Shown here one piece after another: positions 35,236-45,019 of a stretch of DNA of 51,124 nucleotides. Every line of letters starts with the position of its first letter. The stretch's first letter is position 1. The position numbers were made by a program, and so were the translations under genes. The stretch is from a virus. The stretch spans positions 1-51,124 of IMG/VR virus record IMGVR_UViG_3300048851_000137; one strand, written 5' to 3'. The notes below the pieces were generated by a model that saw only the letters and a program-made list of their open reading frames with translations, was not told where the DNA came from and made no database searches.

Positions 35236-36950
35236 GCGGTTCCGGGCCGCAAGCCTCAGCACCCCTGGCCTCGCTCTGGCCGGCCACTACGGCCGTGGCG
35301 GCGCCAGGTGCTGCATCCGGCCGCGATCTGGTGGAGTCCTTCTGGGCTCTGGAGATCAGCGGCGGCGTCAGTGACAGGTCCGGCGCGCCGGCACCTGCTG
35401 GCATTGCTGGCGGCGCTCCATCCGCCAGCCTGCTGCTGCCGCCGGGCCCGCAACGGGCCGCGCCTGTTCTGCGCGTCTCGGACCGGGGCTGGATCACAGA
35501 ACCGGACGATCCGGACGGCCCGAACATCACTTGGCCCGCCCGGCTCCTGTCTCCGCCGGTCCTGGCGCTCTCCACGCCCATCTACCCGGATGAGCAGCGC
35601 CGGGCCGATACCACGGCAGGCGAGGTCACGCTGGCCAATGGTGACGGGGCGCTGGATGCGCTAGCCCCTGGCTGGTCGCTGGTGGGGCAGAGAGTGATCC
35701 TGCGTCGTGGCCCGGTAAGGCGGCCGTACCATGCGCGGGCGGCTGAGGTGGGGCGGGTCGCAGAATTCCGCGTCGCGCCGTCGCCTCTGGTGGGGACCGG
35801 GCGCCTCCGACTCACCCTCCGGTCAGCTGCCGCCGATCTGGATGTGCCGGTTTGCCGTACCTACGACGGCACGGGAGACGCCGAGGGGCCGGCGTCCCTC
35901 ACCGGGCAGAACAAGCCACGCCTCTACGGCATTCGCCGCAGCATCGAGCCGGTGCAGGTCGACCCTGGGCGCCTGATCTACCAGATTCATGATGGCAGGA
36001 TGCATTCGGTGCTGGCCGTCAGGGATCGCGGCGGGCCGCTGGACTATGCCGGCGACGTCGGCAGCTATGATCTGTTGCGCGGCCTATCCGTGGATGATGC
36101 GACCTACTGGACCTGCTTGGCGACCGGTCATATCCGCCTCGGGTCGTCGCCCTCTCTGGTGACTGTGGCTGCCCGCGGGGATGCTGAGGCTGCCACCTAT
36201 GGCTATTCCGCCCGGCCGGATCGCCTGGCTATCAAGCTCCTCCGTGGGCCCGGCGGATTGGATGAGGATCGCGCGCCGCTGGAGGCTTTCGCCTCCTGGC
36301 CGGTGGGCGACGCCGGCCTGTGGGTGACCGGCGGGACGGTCGGTGCGGCGGTTGAGCGCCTGGCGGCAGGCATCGGCGCGGTCTGGGGTACCGACGCCTT
36401 CGGGCGCATGTATGGCCGGTATCTCGACACCCCGGAGGCACAGGGAGCGTCTGTCTTGATCGAGCCCTGGATGCACCAGGTGCCGCCGCAGGAAGACACT
36501 GGCGCCCGGGCACCGTGGTGGCGCGCCAGGGTGGCCTGGCAGGTGCTGGACAGGGTGCTGGCCGGGCAGGATCTGCTGGGCAGCCTGCCGGAGGCTGACA
36601 AGGCTTATCTGGGTCAGGCTCAACGGATCGCGCCTCCGTCCATCGATCTCGGGCTCTACGGGGCCTTTCCGGGCGCGGAAGACGCGGCGGTGCTGGAGAG
36701 CCTTTTCGATGCCGAGGCCGATGCCAAGGCGCTGTCGGATCGCCTGTTGTCGCTGTTCGGCCGCTCCCGCCGACACTGGCGGGTCAAGCTCCGGGCGGGA
36801 ACCCGGGGAATCACGCCGGAGATGGTGCTGCCCGGCACCGTTCTGTCGGTGACCTGGCCGGGCCTTTCCGCACTGGCGGCCGGCGCGCAGCTGATGGTCC
36901 GCAGCCTGGACGCCACAGGCGACAACCTCGATCTGGTCTGCTGGGGGTAA
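35232..36950 (+). CDS. Tail tip/distal tail protein (572 aa)
   Basis: ATGA overlap with the tape measure stop. Call is by position. Confidence 0.6.
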   Translation: MSGSGPQASAPLASLWPATTAVAAPGAASGRDLVESFWALEISGGVSDRSGAPAPAGIAGGAPSASLLLPPGPQRAAPVLRVSDRGWITEPDDPDGPNITWPARLLSPPVLALSTPIYPDEQRRADTTAGEVTLANGDGALDALAPGWSLVGQRVILRRGPVRRPYHARAAEVGRVAEFRVAPSPLVGTGRLRLTLRSAAADLDVPVCRTYDGTGDAEGPASLTGQNKPRLYGIRRSIEPVQVDPGRLIYQIHDGRMHSVLAVRDRGGPLDYAGDVGSYDLLRGLSVDDATYWTCLATGHIRLGSSPSLVTVAARGDAEAATYGYSARPDRLAIKLLRGPGGLDEDRAPLEAFASWPVGDAGLWVTGGTVGAAVERLAAGIGAVWGTDAFGRMYGRYLDTPEAQGASVLIEPWMHQVPPQEDTGARAPWWRARVAWQVLDRVLAGQDLLGSLPEADKAYLGQAQRIAPPSIDLGLYGAFPGAEDAAVLESLFDAEADAKALSDRLLSLFGRSRRHWRVKLRAGTRGITPEMVLPGTVLSVTWPGLSALAAGAQLMVRSLDATGDNLDLVCWG

Positions 36951-36953
36951 CAA

Positions 36954-37736
36954 ATGCCGGCGATTATCAGCTGGGTGAACGCTGCGGACGATCCGCTGGC
37001 GGAAATTGACGCGTCCAGTGAGGTCAGCGGGCTGGGTGCCCGATCGCTGCTGACGCCGCAAATCAGTGACGTCTTCCGGACCGGGGTCTGGTCGAACGGC
37101 TCAATATTCTACCTGACCATCGATCTCGGGCGGGTGCGGGATCTGCGGCTCTTTGCGTTGGCTGCACCTCGGGACGGGCACCTGCCCGATGCGGATGCCA
37201 AGGTCCGGGTCGTGGCCAGCGTGAACTCGCCGGGAGATGCTGATGCCATGAACAGCGGTCTGCTGCCGCTGGATCTGACCTCGGGCGTTTGGGCCTACCT
37301 GCCGCAGGCGGCAGTCATGGCGCGCTATGTGCAGTTTCGGTGCGTGGCCGGGGCGGCCGACACCTATCTGCAGCTGGGTCGGCTCTGGCTCGGGCCGGCA
37401 CTCGTTACCGCCAGCAGCTCCAACTACGGGCAGCAGCGCGGTTACGCCGATGCAGGCAGCAACGACCGGAGCGGTGTTTCGGGGGTGCGTTTTGCGACCC
37501 CGGGCGCTGTGCGGCGGCAGCCGCAGTGGAGCCTGCCCAGCATGCCCGAGGCGGACAAGAACGGGGTTGAGGCTGCCGCCCTGGCAGCCGGCACGACGCG
37601 CCAGATCTTCGCCTCGCCCTTTGCCGGCGCGCCGTCGCGGGATGGCGTCTTCGGGCACTTCACCGCGCCGCCCGCCGCACGCCTGACGGCGCACCGCCGC
37701 TGGTCGGCCGATATCTCTCTGGATGAGGATCTGTAA
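36954..37736 (+). CDS. Tail tip/baseplate-like protein (260 aa)
   Basis: Contiguous with the tail genes. No motif recognised. Confidence 0.55.
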   Translation: MPAIISWVNAADDPLAEIDASSEVSGLGARSLLTPQISDVFRTGVWSNGSIFYLTIDLGRVRDLRLFALAAPRDGHLPDADAKVRVVASVNSPGDADAMNSGLLPLDLTSGVWAYLPQAAVMARYVQFRCVAGAADTYLQLGRLWLGPALVTASSSNYGQQRGYADAGSNDRSGVSGVRFATPGAVRRQPQWSLPSMPEADKNGVEAAALAAGTTRQIFASPFAGAPSRDGVFGHFTAPPAARLTAHRRWSADISLDEDL

Positions 37737-38518
37737 TGGGCACCCCCGTCAAAGTTTATGACTGCGTGCTCGGGCTGACGACCACCCCCGGCACTGGTAC
37801 CTACCAGCTCGGGGCCGCGCTGCCGGGATGGCTGACGCCCGGCCAGGCCGGCGCGGTGAGCGGCGAGCGCTTGAGCTACAAGGTGCAGGATGATCTCCAG
37901 AACCCGACGATGTGGGAGATCGGCGAGGGTATCTACACGGCGGGCTCGCCGAACACCCTGGCTCGGACATCTGTCGCGCTGAACCACAACGGCAACCAGG
38001 CCGCGGTGAACTGGCCAGCCGGCACGCGCTACCTGTTTCTAACTGCATCGGCCAGGCGACTGGCGCTGCTGGATACAGACGGGCTGCTGCCGCGGGCGTT
38101 CCTGCCACAGCCCCTGGTCAGTCAGCTGTTCCGCACCGCCCCGCAGATCGTGCCGAACATCACGGCAGCGACCATCGTCTGGGACACGTTCGGCACCAAT
38201 ACGCTAGGCGCCGCCTCAGCCACGCCGGTCAACCAGCTGGTGGTCCCGGCAAGTGGGCTATACCACGCCATCTTTAATGCCTACTGGGCGGCCGGCTCGG
38301 GCGGCGCGGTGCGCGCGATGCTGCTGGCGGTGTCCGATACCGTCCGGGCGCGCAGCAGCTCGCCTCCACTGGCGACGCCCGGCGGCAGTTCCTGCAGCTA
38401 CATCGGCCCAATGGTGGCTGGCGATACCGTCAAGGGCAACGTGTTCCAGGACTCTGGCGCAAACCTGAACTACGGCCAGGACGGCGCCATGAACCTGACG
38501 CTGGCCCGCATCGGCTGA
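37736..38518 (+). CDS. Tail fibre-like protein (260 aa)
   Basis: TAATG overlap with the upstream gene. Gly/Ala/Thr-rich beta-like sequence. Confidence 0.55.
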   Translation: MGTPVKVYDCVLGLTTTPGTGTYQLGAALPGWLTPGQAGAVSGERLSYKVQDDLQNPTMWEIGEGIYTAGSPNTLARTSVALNHNGNQAAVNWPAGTRYLFLTASARRLALLDTDGLLPRAFLPQPLVSQLFRTAPQIVPNITAATIVWDTFGTNTLGAASATPVNQLVVPASGLYHAIFNAYWAAGSGGAVRAMLLAVSDTVRARSSSPPLATPGGSSCSYIGPMVAGDTVKGNVFQDSGANLNYGQDGAMNLTLARIG

Positions 38519-38563
38519 CCACCGGGGCTCAGCCCCATCCCCTACAATTTGGAGGTTTACCGC

Positions 38564-41182
38564 ATGTCGGGGAGCATTCTTCCGGCGGATGTGACGTTGC
38601 ATGTCCGCACTGGGCAGCGGAGGTCACTGAAGCGGGCTCGCAGCTTCATCGGCTCGGCCACCCGCTTCTGGATCGACGTGATCGACACATTGACCGGAAA
38701 TCCGGTTCCCGGCGCAACGGGCGCAGCTGGGTTGTACTGGCTGCCGGAAATCGAGGGTCAGGAGAGCCCTGCGCAGCCGCTGGAGCCGAACGAGGTCAAG
38801 CCTGGCACCTGGGCGATGGATGTCCCGGGTGATTACCCCGGCACGGCGCGTGGCCGATTTCAAATCGAAGGGCCTGTGTCTAAGGCGGTCGAGTTCTTTC
38901 TGGACGTCACCACGGAAGGGCGGCTCGTCCTGTCCGGTGTTCGGGTTGCCGAGTACTCTGACGTGCTGGCGATGGCGGCGGCGGCTGGCGACAGCGCCGC
39001 GCGGGCGGCGGCCAGAAGTCTGGTGCCTGGCTTGGCCGGTCCTGCTGCAATCGCTGCAATCCAGCCTTTTGTGGACGGCGTCTTCGCGAGCGAAGAAATC
39101 GCTCTCGGCGCGGCGGACATTGCCGTCGAGAAGGCAGGGCAGACCACCGCTGACCGGGCCGCGACTGGGCGAAGCGCGGCGGATGCGGAGGCTGCGCGGG
39201 TGGCCGCGGCGCAGCGGTCTGCGGATGCGGCGCTGAGTGCGGCGGGCGCTTTCGCGGATGCCGTCAAGGCGTCCCTTTCTGCTGCGCAGGCTGCGGCGGC
39301 ATCGGGTGGTGGCCCATATGACACCGTCGCTGCGGGGCTTGCCGCTGTAGCCGAGAGTGCGAGTTTTAACGTGGTGGGCAGTGGCGACATCGCGCTGATC
39401 ACCTACCGCAAGACGGGCGGCAATGCTGTCTACCTGACCCAAGTCGCCGCGCCTTCCGCTTTCGCTGCGATCCCCGGTCGTCTCGGCGCAGCAATCGGTG
39501 ACTATGTGCTGTCCTGGGAAGCACTCGGCAACCTGTTCGGCGGCATCCGCGACCAAGGGCGCCGGCTGGAGGCGGCGGGGCAGTTCCTGGCTCTTCTCAC
39601 CGATGGCCGCGCACGCTGGGGTCGGACATCCGGTGGCCTCGGCCTGACGTTGGCCGATGATGCTCTGGAGGTGGATGGCACCCGCATTCGCTTCCGAGGG
39701 GCGCAGGAAGACGGCCTGCTCTGGAGCATGGAAGCTGACCGGCAGGCGTTTGTCGGCGTGAAAGACGCTGGCCGCGAGTTCTTCGTGGCCGGACAGCGGT
39801 TCGTTTTGCAGTCCGACGGCGCCCTGCGTTGGACAGCGTTGGCGGGCGGGGCTTACCTCGATCTGACGCCATCCGGGATTGTGACCTCAGGGAACAGTCT
39901 GCAACTCTCCGGGCTGCGGATGACGGCGGGTTCTGTGGTTGGCGCATTCATGGAGGCGCACTACCCGGGCGGCGGCTTCTCGGCGTTCGGGATCGACCCG
40001 GTGACGGGTGTGCCGCAGCTGCTCGGCCGCACGCCTCTTTCTGAGATGATCGGGGAGGCGCCAGCCCCCGACGAAATCCACGACATCAACCCACTATTCG
40101 CTGGCAACCTCTATCTGCTGCCTGGGAAGCCGCTCCCGTTGTACCCGTCAATGCTTTTTGCGCGCCGCGCAGATAGCAAGAAGGCGCGCGTGTCGATCAG
40201 CAGCGGCTCCTACTCCGTCTCCGGTAGTGAGCAAATTCTAATTGACCCCGCGCGGATGGAAGCGACGGGGGTGCTGGATATCGTGCGGAAAGATATCGCA
40301 ACTGAAAGCCGCACAAGGATCGGCTTGACTGTGAAGGTGGCTGCCTTGGCCGCCCAGGCGCCGCGCATCCTGATGATCGGTGACAGCATTGCCAACCGAA
40401 GCCTCGGATCGCTCATCAACACCCGCCTGACCGGGCTGGGCCTTTTCCCCACTTGGATTGGATCAATTAATACCACTGGCTTAGACGCGTCTGTATCGAA
40501 CACCAGTGGTCCGCGCGGTGAGGCCAGAGAAGGTCGCGCCTTTGCTGATCTGGTCTACTCGGTGCTTGATGGCGAGGCCGCGCCCATCGTGCCAGGTCAG
40601 GAAGCGGCTTATCTTGCCCTGGCTAAAACAAATCGCCTCGCGTTCAACCCGTTCTTGCGCCAAGCGACGGGTGCCGACCCCGCCGGCCTGATCCGCAACG
40701 GCTATGTGTTTGACATGGCGTTTTATCTGGCGCGCTTCGGCTATGAGACGCCGGATATCGTGCTTTGTGGCCTGGGAGAAAACGACGCATCCGAGCAAGT
40801 CTCGCCGGCAGTGGAAGCGACTGTGGCCGATGCTGTCGATATACTCATGGCGCAAACAAGAGCCGCTTTGCCATCGGCGCGCATCGGGTTCTTTCTTTCG
40901 GGACAAGCCTCTAGCACGTCAGGCGATGCGCGCTGGACAGAGCGCAAGGTGCCAGTTCTGCGCACGATCATGCAGACGGTGCGGGTCAAGGCCGATCCCC
41001 TTGCGGGCGTGATTAGCGCCTGGGCGCACCAGACCCCCGACGCCGGCTGGCCCGCATACGACACCGCAGACCCCGTCACAGGAATATTGACCTCCGATAT
41101 TGCGGATGCGGTCCACCCATCCGGAGTAGCCCGCGCGCAGCTTGCCGACGCAGTGGCCGCTTTCATCGCCTGTAATTCGTAA
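38564..41182 (+). CDS. Tail fibre/spike protein with C-terminal SGNH (GDSL) hydrolase domain
   Basis: ATG 38564, 8 nt after GGAGG. SGNH blocks ILMIGDSIANRS (I), CGLGENDA (III) and ADAVHPS (V) in the last ~280 aa. Confidence 0.75.
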   Translation: MSGSILPADVTLHVRTGQRRSLKRARSFIGSATRFWIDVIDTLTGNPVPGATGAAGLYWLPEIEGQESPAQPLEPNEVKPGTWAMDVPGDYPGTARGRFQIEGPVSKAVEFFLDVTTEGRLVLSGVRVAEYSDVLAMAAAAGDSAARAAARSLVPGLAGPAAIAAIQPFVDGVFASEEIALGAADIAVEKAGQTTADRAATGRSAADAEAARVAAAQRSADAALSAAGAFADAVKASLSAAQAAAASGGGPYDTVAAGLAAVAESASFNVVGSGDIALITYRKTGGNAVYLTQVAAPSAFAAIPGRLGAAIGDYVLSWEALGNLFGGIRDQGRRLEAAGQFLALLTDGRARWGRTSGGLGLTLADDALEVDGTRIRFRGAQEDGLLWSMEADRQAFVGVKDAGREFFVAGQRFVLQSDGALRWTALAGGAYLDLTPSGIVTSGNSLQLSGLRMTAGSVVGAFMEAHYPGGGFSAFGIDPVTGVPQLLGRTPLSEMIGEAPAPDEIHDINPLFAGNLYLLPGKPLPLYPSMLFARRADSKKARVSISSGSYSVSGSEQILIDPARMEATGVLDIVRKDIATESRTRIGLTVKVAALAAQAPRILMIGDSIANRSLGSLINTRLTGLGLFPTWIGSINTTGLDASVSNTSGPRGEAREGRAFADLVYSVLDGEAAPIVPGQEAAYLALAKTNRLAFNPFLRQATGADPAGLIRNGYVFDMAFYLARFGYETPDIVLCGLGENDASEQVSPAVEATVADAVDILMAQTRAALPSARIGFFLSGQASSTSGDARWTERKVPVLRTIMQTVRVKADPLAGVISAWAHQTPDAGWPAYDTADPVTGILTSDIADAVHPSGVARAQLADAVAAFIACNS

Positions 41183-41193
41183 GGACATAGCAC

Positions 41194-42021
41194 ATGGCCA
41201 CCGCCCGTTTTGATGTTGGAGCCGCCCCGCTGGACCCTCGCGTGATCAACGGTTTCTATCCGCCGGTGGTCCGTGGTCTGGAGGGCTATTACAAGCTGGA
41301 GCCGTCCGCACTGCAGGTGGTCAGTGGCGTGTCGCAGCTGATCAACCTCGCCAACCCTTTGCTGCCTGCGCTCGTGACCGGGACGCCCGGGCAAGAAGCG
41401 GACGGGTTGACCCTGACGCCCCGCGCCAACTTTTTGAGCACGCAAATCTTGCCGACCGCATCGCAGACTTACATGTTTGTGGGCAAGGCCATGACGACCG
41501 GTTCGGCCGTTGCCGACAAAGCCTTCATGATGGGCAACTTCTCCCGCGCTCCCTCACCGAACAGGGGCGACAGCCTTTGCTTCAACGGCCTTCCTTCAGG
41601 GCAGGTCAGTCCGCAGGGTATCCTACAAGCGCCCGCGTCTACATCGGTTGACGGTGGAGCAACGGTTGGGATCGCGAGCAGTTCTCTGAACGTCTTGGAT
41701 GTTCTGGCTTGGCATTGTTACGCAGCGGTTGTCACTGCCCCTATGGTGGTCAACGGTGTTGTTACCGTCCCGGCGACTGTGCAGGTATTTGACCTGACGA
41801 CCGGACAGGCTGGTCCGCTGGTAAACCTTCTTGCAACGGGGCAGCGCGTTATCGGCCAACCCATCCTAATAGGCTCGGCCTATGCGAATGACTTTCTAGG
41901 CGCTTGCCGGGGCCGCAGAGCGCTGAAGGCAGCGGTGGCTTGGACACTGACCGAGTTGAACACAATGTATGCCTTCTGGAAGGCCGAGCTGGCTGCCGCC
42001 GCTAACCCGGTCACGATCTGA
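41194..42021 (+). CDS. Hypothetical tail-associated protein (275 aa)
   Basis: AAGGA upstream. Last gene of the tail block. A possible lectin/jelly-roll fold is a guess only. Confidence 0.5.
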   Translation: MATARFDVGAAPLDPRVINGFYPPVVRGLEGYYKLEPSALQVVSGVSQLINLANPLLPALVTGTPGQEADGLTLTPRANFLSTQILPTASQTYMFVGKAMTTGSAVADKAFMMGNFSRAPSPNRGDSLCFNGLPSGQVSPQGILQAPASTSVDGGATVGIASSSLNVLDVLAWHCYAAVVTAPMVVNGVVTVPATVQVFDLTTGQAGPLVNLLATGQRVIGQPILIGSAYANDFLGACRGRRALKAAVAWTLTELNTMYAFWKAELAAAANPVTI

Positions 42022-42071
42022 CATGACCCCGCCCCGCGTCGTCCGGAGCATCGGTTAGGAGGTCTGATGCC

Positions 42072-42491
42072 ATGCCTACTCGCACGATCAACCTCCTGCT
42101 GCACCCATTGCGCTTCCCCCACTGGGGCGAGCTGCTGTGCGCTGGGCTCGGCGGGCTTCAGTTCCTGTTTGCGCTAAGCATATACGGGAATTGGGAAGAG
42201 CGGCCGGCCTTCGCGTTGGCGGTGTACCTCTCCCCCGAAACTTGGACGGCAGCAGGGCTCATTCTGGCGGCGGCTCATATAGGTGCCCTACGATTCGGCG
42301 CTTCGGCTTGGGGATACTCCGCAAGGTTAGCAGCCTCATCTATGAGCCTGTGCTTCTGGTGCCATTTCATCCTGTCGATCTTCGTCAACGCCCTGATGAC
42401 GGATGCCAATATTCCCGGGACACTCGTGCCGGCGCTGGCCGCGCCGCTGCTTGCAGGTGCTGTTCTCTACCGTTTGTGGAGGCACTATTGA
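42072..42491 (+). CDS. Membrane protein with about 4 TM segments (holin-like or superinfection-exclusion candidate)
   Basis: AGGAGG upstream. Hydrophobic spans LLCAGLGGLQFLFALSIY, AFALAVYL..AAGLILAAAHIGAL, SMSLCFWCHFILSIFVNAL and LVPALAAPLLAGAVLY. Confidence 0.55.
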   Translation: MPTRTINLLLHPLRFPHWGELLCAGLGGLQFLFALSIYGNWEERPAFALAVYLSPETWTAAGLILAAAHIGALRFGASAWGYSARLAASSMSLCFWCHFILSIFVNALMTDANIPGTLVPALAAPLLAGAVLYRLWRHY

Positions 42492-42494
42492 GCC

Positions 42495-42926
42495 ATGGTC
42501 CTGGATGGCGCTGAGAAGCTGGTTGCGGCCGTGGGAACCGCAATTGCCGGCGTGCTTGCTCCCATCGGTGTCATCTATGCCGCGAGCATCAATCGCAGCA
42601 ACAAGGTTGCGGAAGCGTCGGTGGCCAGCCTGACTATCGAACTGGACCGGGTAAGGGACCAGGTTGCTGACCTGGAAGCGGATCTCGCAAAGGCCGAAGC
42701 GGCCGTCATCGCAGAGCGAGCCTCCGGCCTTCGCTGGTACCAACTCGCGATCTGGTGGTTCAATATGGCTCAGGAAATGCGACGGATGGTGCTGGACCTA
42801 CGGCAGATCATTCGGTCGCAGGCTCGGCTGCACGGTACTGAGCAGCCGAAGTGGGAAGCGGACGTGCTCCTGCCCGCTCTCGAAGATCCGATGCCTGCGC
42901 CGAAGATGGGGCAAAAGTCCGACTGA
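42495..42926 (+). CDS. N-terminally anchored coiled-coil protein (143 aa)
   Basis: TM LVAAVGTAIAGVLAPIGVIYAA, then LDRVRDQVADLEADLAKAEAAVIAE. Confidence 0.5.
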   Translation: MVLDGAEKLVAAVGTAIAGVLAPIGVIYAASINRSNKVAEASVASLTIELDRVRDQVADLEADLAKAEAAVIAERASGLRWYQLAIWWFNMAQEMRRMVLDLRQIIRSQARLHGTEQPKWEADVLLPALEDPMPAPKMGQKSD

Positions 42927-43274
42927 CCGTGCGCGGCCGGTAGCCGCGCAAACCCAGGTGATACGGACCGGCGGTCACCCAGGAGGGTGCTGGCGATCCG
43001 TGGCCCTGACGGGCTGGCGCTTTCTTCTGGCTTCACGGGTAGCAGCCACCACCGCCCGGATGAGGGTCGCCTTCCAGGTACGTAAGCCTGGTGATGCAAG
43101 GCTGGCGGCTTTCCCTCGCTTGAAGGTCCCATAGACCAAGGTGCGTGCCGCGCGACTCAGTGGCATCCGGTGTGTCCTTTTTGCGCTCCACAGTAATTGT
43201 GCAGTGCAAAAGAAAATGCACGGCATTTTTTGCAACCGGTCGGTAACCGGCAAACCCACATTTTGGAGACTACC

Positions 43275-43736
43275 ATGGACACGTTCGACCGTTGGGTCGC
43301 GACGGCTATCAACGCGTGGCCGCTGATCCTGCTGCTGGCGGGCATCATCTATCCGCTGCTGCCGGGCCCCGTGCGGGCTTGGATCCTGGCGGCGCGCACG
43401 AAGGCGGTCAGTGATACGCACGTCAATGACACGGCGCTGCTGCTGGGGACGCTCTGGCGTGGCTACCAGGCAGCCCGTCTGACCGGTGCAAGCACCCAGG
43501 CCGCGGTGTCTGCGGCGCTGGTCTATGTCACGGCGAATCGCCCCGACCTGGTCGCGAAACTCAGCGCCAGTCCGGAGGTGATGGTGCAGATGCTCCGTGC
43601 GGCTGTGCAGGATCATGACGATGCGCGGGCGGCAGGCGCCGCGGTGATGATGGAGGCCAAGGGCGCCCTCGGCAATGCGGCGCAGCTCCTGCAGAGCGCG
43701 CGTGATGTCGGCAAGCTGGCGGTGGTGAAGTCATGA
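43275..43736 (+). CDS. Putative holin/lysis membrane protein (153 aa)
   Basis: ATG 43275 after GGAG. TM AINAWPLILLLAGIIYPLLPG. ATGA overlap with the endolysin gene. Confidence 0.5.
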   Translation: MDTFDRWVATAINAWPLILLLAGIIYPLLPGPVRAWILAARTKAVSDTHVNDTALLLGTLWRGYQAARLTGASTQAAVSAALVYVTANRPDLVAKLSASPEVMVQMLRAAVQDHDDARAAGAAVMMEAKGALGNAAQLLQSARDVGKLAVVKS

Positions 43737-44278
43737 GCGCCGTCTTCGAAGCCACCATGGCCAAGACAGCGGCGGCCGAGGGCGGCTACGTGAATGATTT
43801 GGCCGATAGTGGAGGTGAGACCAATTACGGCATCACCCTGGCCGTGGCCCGTGCGTTCGGCTACCGCGGCGAAATGCGCGACCTGACGGCTGCCCAAGCC
43901 CGCCAGATTTTCGAGCAGCGCTACTTTATCCAGCCGGGCTTCGCGCTAATCGAACCGGTGTCGGCAGAGGTGGCGAGCTGGCTACTGGATACCGGCATCA
44001 ACATGGGCCCCGCCACGGCCGCCAAAATGTTGCAGCGGGCGCTGAATGTGCTGAACGACGGGGCAACGATCTACCCTGACCTGGCGGCGGACGGCCAGGC
44101 TGGCGCCATGACGCGGGAAGCACTTCGGAGGTTCATGGGCAGGCGGGGCGTCATGGGCGGCGTTATCCTGTGCCGCCTGCTCTCAGCGCTGCAGGCGACC
44201 CGATACGTTGAGATCGCAGAGGCGACCCCTAGCCAGGAGCGATTCGCGTATGGGTGGGTGACGCGCGCTTTGGGCTAA
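43733..44278 (+). CDS. Endolysin: GH108 muramidase with PG_binding_3-like C-terminus
   Basis: TAAAEGGYVNDLADSGGETNYGITLAVAR is the GH108 signature (EGGY.nd..D.GG.T..GIT). 181 aa. Confidence 0.85.
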   Translation: MSAVFEATMAKTAAAEGGYVNDLADSGGETNYGITLAVARAFGYRGEMRDLTAAQARQIFEQRYFIQPGFALIEPVSAEVASWLLDTGINMGPATAAKMLQRALNVLNDGATIYPDLAADGQAGAMTREALRRFMGRRGVMGGVILCRLLSALQATRYVEIAEATPSQERFAYGWVTRALG

Positions 44279-44306
44279 GTCTGAGCGAAGTTTGACGTTA
44301 TCCTAC

Positions 44307-44346
44307 AGCCCGCCCAGTCCCTCACGGGGCTGGGCGGGCTTTTTGC
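44307..44346 (+). terminator. Rho-independent terminator after the late operon
   Basis: AGCCCGCCCAG (44307-44317) pairs with CTGGGCGGGCT (44330-44340). Followed by TTTTGCGTTTT. Confidence 0.8.
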
Positions 44347-44363
44347 GTTTTGGCGCTGGGCGT

Positions 44364-44711
44364 TCATGGAGCGGAGTCAACTGCCTTGCGGGCGGGGCCG
44401 CCTGCGGGGGCGTCAGCCTGCATTTTCACGGCAAAAGCAGCATACGCCGCGTCGTCTTCCGCCCATGCCAGTATGTTGCTTGCCCCGTCCGAGATGGACA
44501 GAAGGTAGCCTGTGCCAGGCGGTCGGGTCCTCCAGGCGAAGACAGACCTCTCACCTCGGGCGAAGAATGTGTCAGAGGGCAGTGGACTGTCGCCGTCCTC
44601 TGGGAAGATCCGCTCCATCTCCGCGTCCCACCAGTCCGGTTGCTCGATCTCGCCGGCGTCGCCGGAGGCGGTCAGCCTGGTGACGGGCTGCAGGGGGTGT
44701 TCATCGGGCAT
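44364..44711 (-). CDS. Hypothetical protein (115 aa), third gene of the SOS-box-proximal leftward unit
   Basis: ATG 44711 with GAGG upstream. Acidic protein. Confidence 0.5.
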   Translation of the reverse strand: MPDEHPLQPVTRLTASGDAGEIEQPDWWDAEMERIFPEDGDSPLPSDTFFARGERSVFAWRTRPPGTGYLLSISDGASNILAWAEDDAAYAAFAVKMQADAPAGGPARKAVDSAP

Positions 44712-44770
44712 TGGGATTTTACCTCGGCGGGACTGCCGAAAATAAAGCCCCTAAAGCCCGGCAGTTCCAT

Positions 44771-45010
44771 CTAGCGCCGGTCCTTTGCCACGTCGCAGTG
44801 GATCGGCTTGGCACCACACAGACGGCAGCGCAGTCTGCTCAGCACCACCTGGCACTGCAGACGATCGTCCAGGCCTTGCCGCCGAGCAAAGACACCTACC
44901 GGCTCGCATAGGCTGTTGCCGCAGGCGCAGCGCGCCCGGATGTAAGCGCCCCAAACCCAGTGCAGCGGATCGACTGGCTTGGGGCGGCCGTAGTTCGCTG
45001 CGGCGGCCAT
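44771..45010 (-). CDS. Cys-rich small protein (79 aa), possible zinc-binding
   Basis: CACGNSLC...CQ...CRLCG...HC. Starts 9 nt after the upstream stop. Confidence 0.5.
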   Translation of the reverse strand: MAAAANYGRPKPVDPLHWVWGAYIRARCACGNSLCEPVGVFARRQGLDDRLQCQVVLSRLRCRLCGAKPIHCDVAKDRR

Positions 45011-45019
45011 GGCCTAGGC

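Noticed and set aside
26506-39556. Other long antisense ORFs in the structural region (26506-27645, 33079-34251, 36084-37061, 38624-39556, all minus)
   Set aside because: Each overlaps a plus-strand structural gene that fits the lambda-like gene order. They are high-GC frame artefacts.
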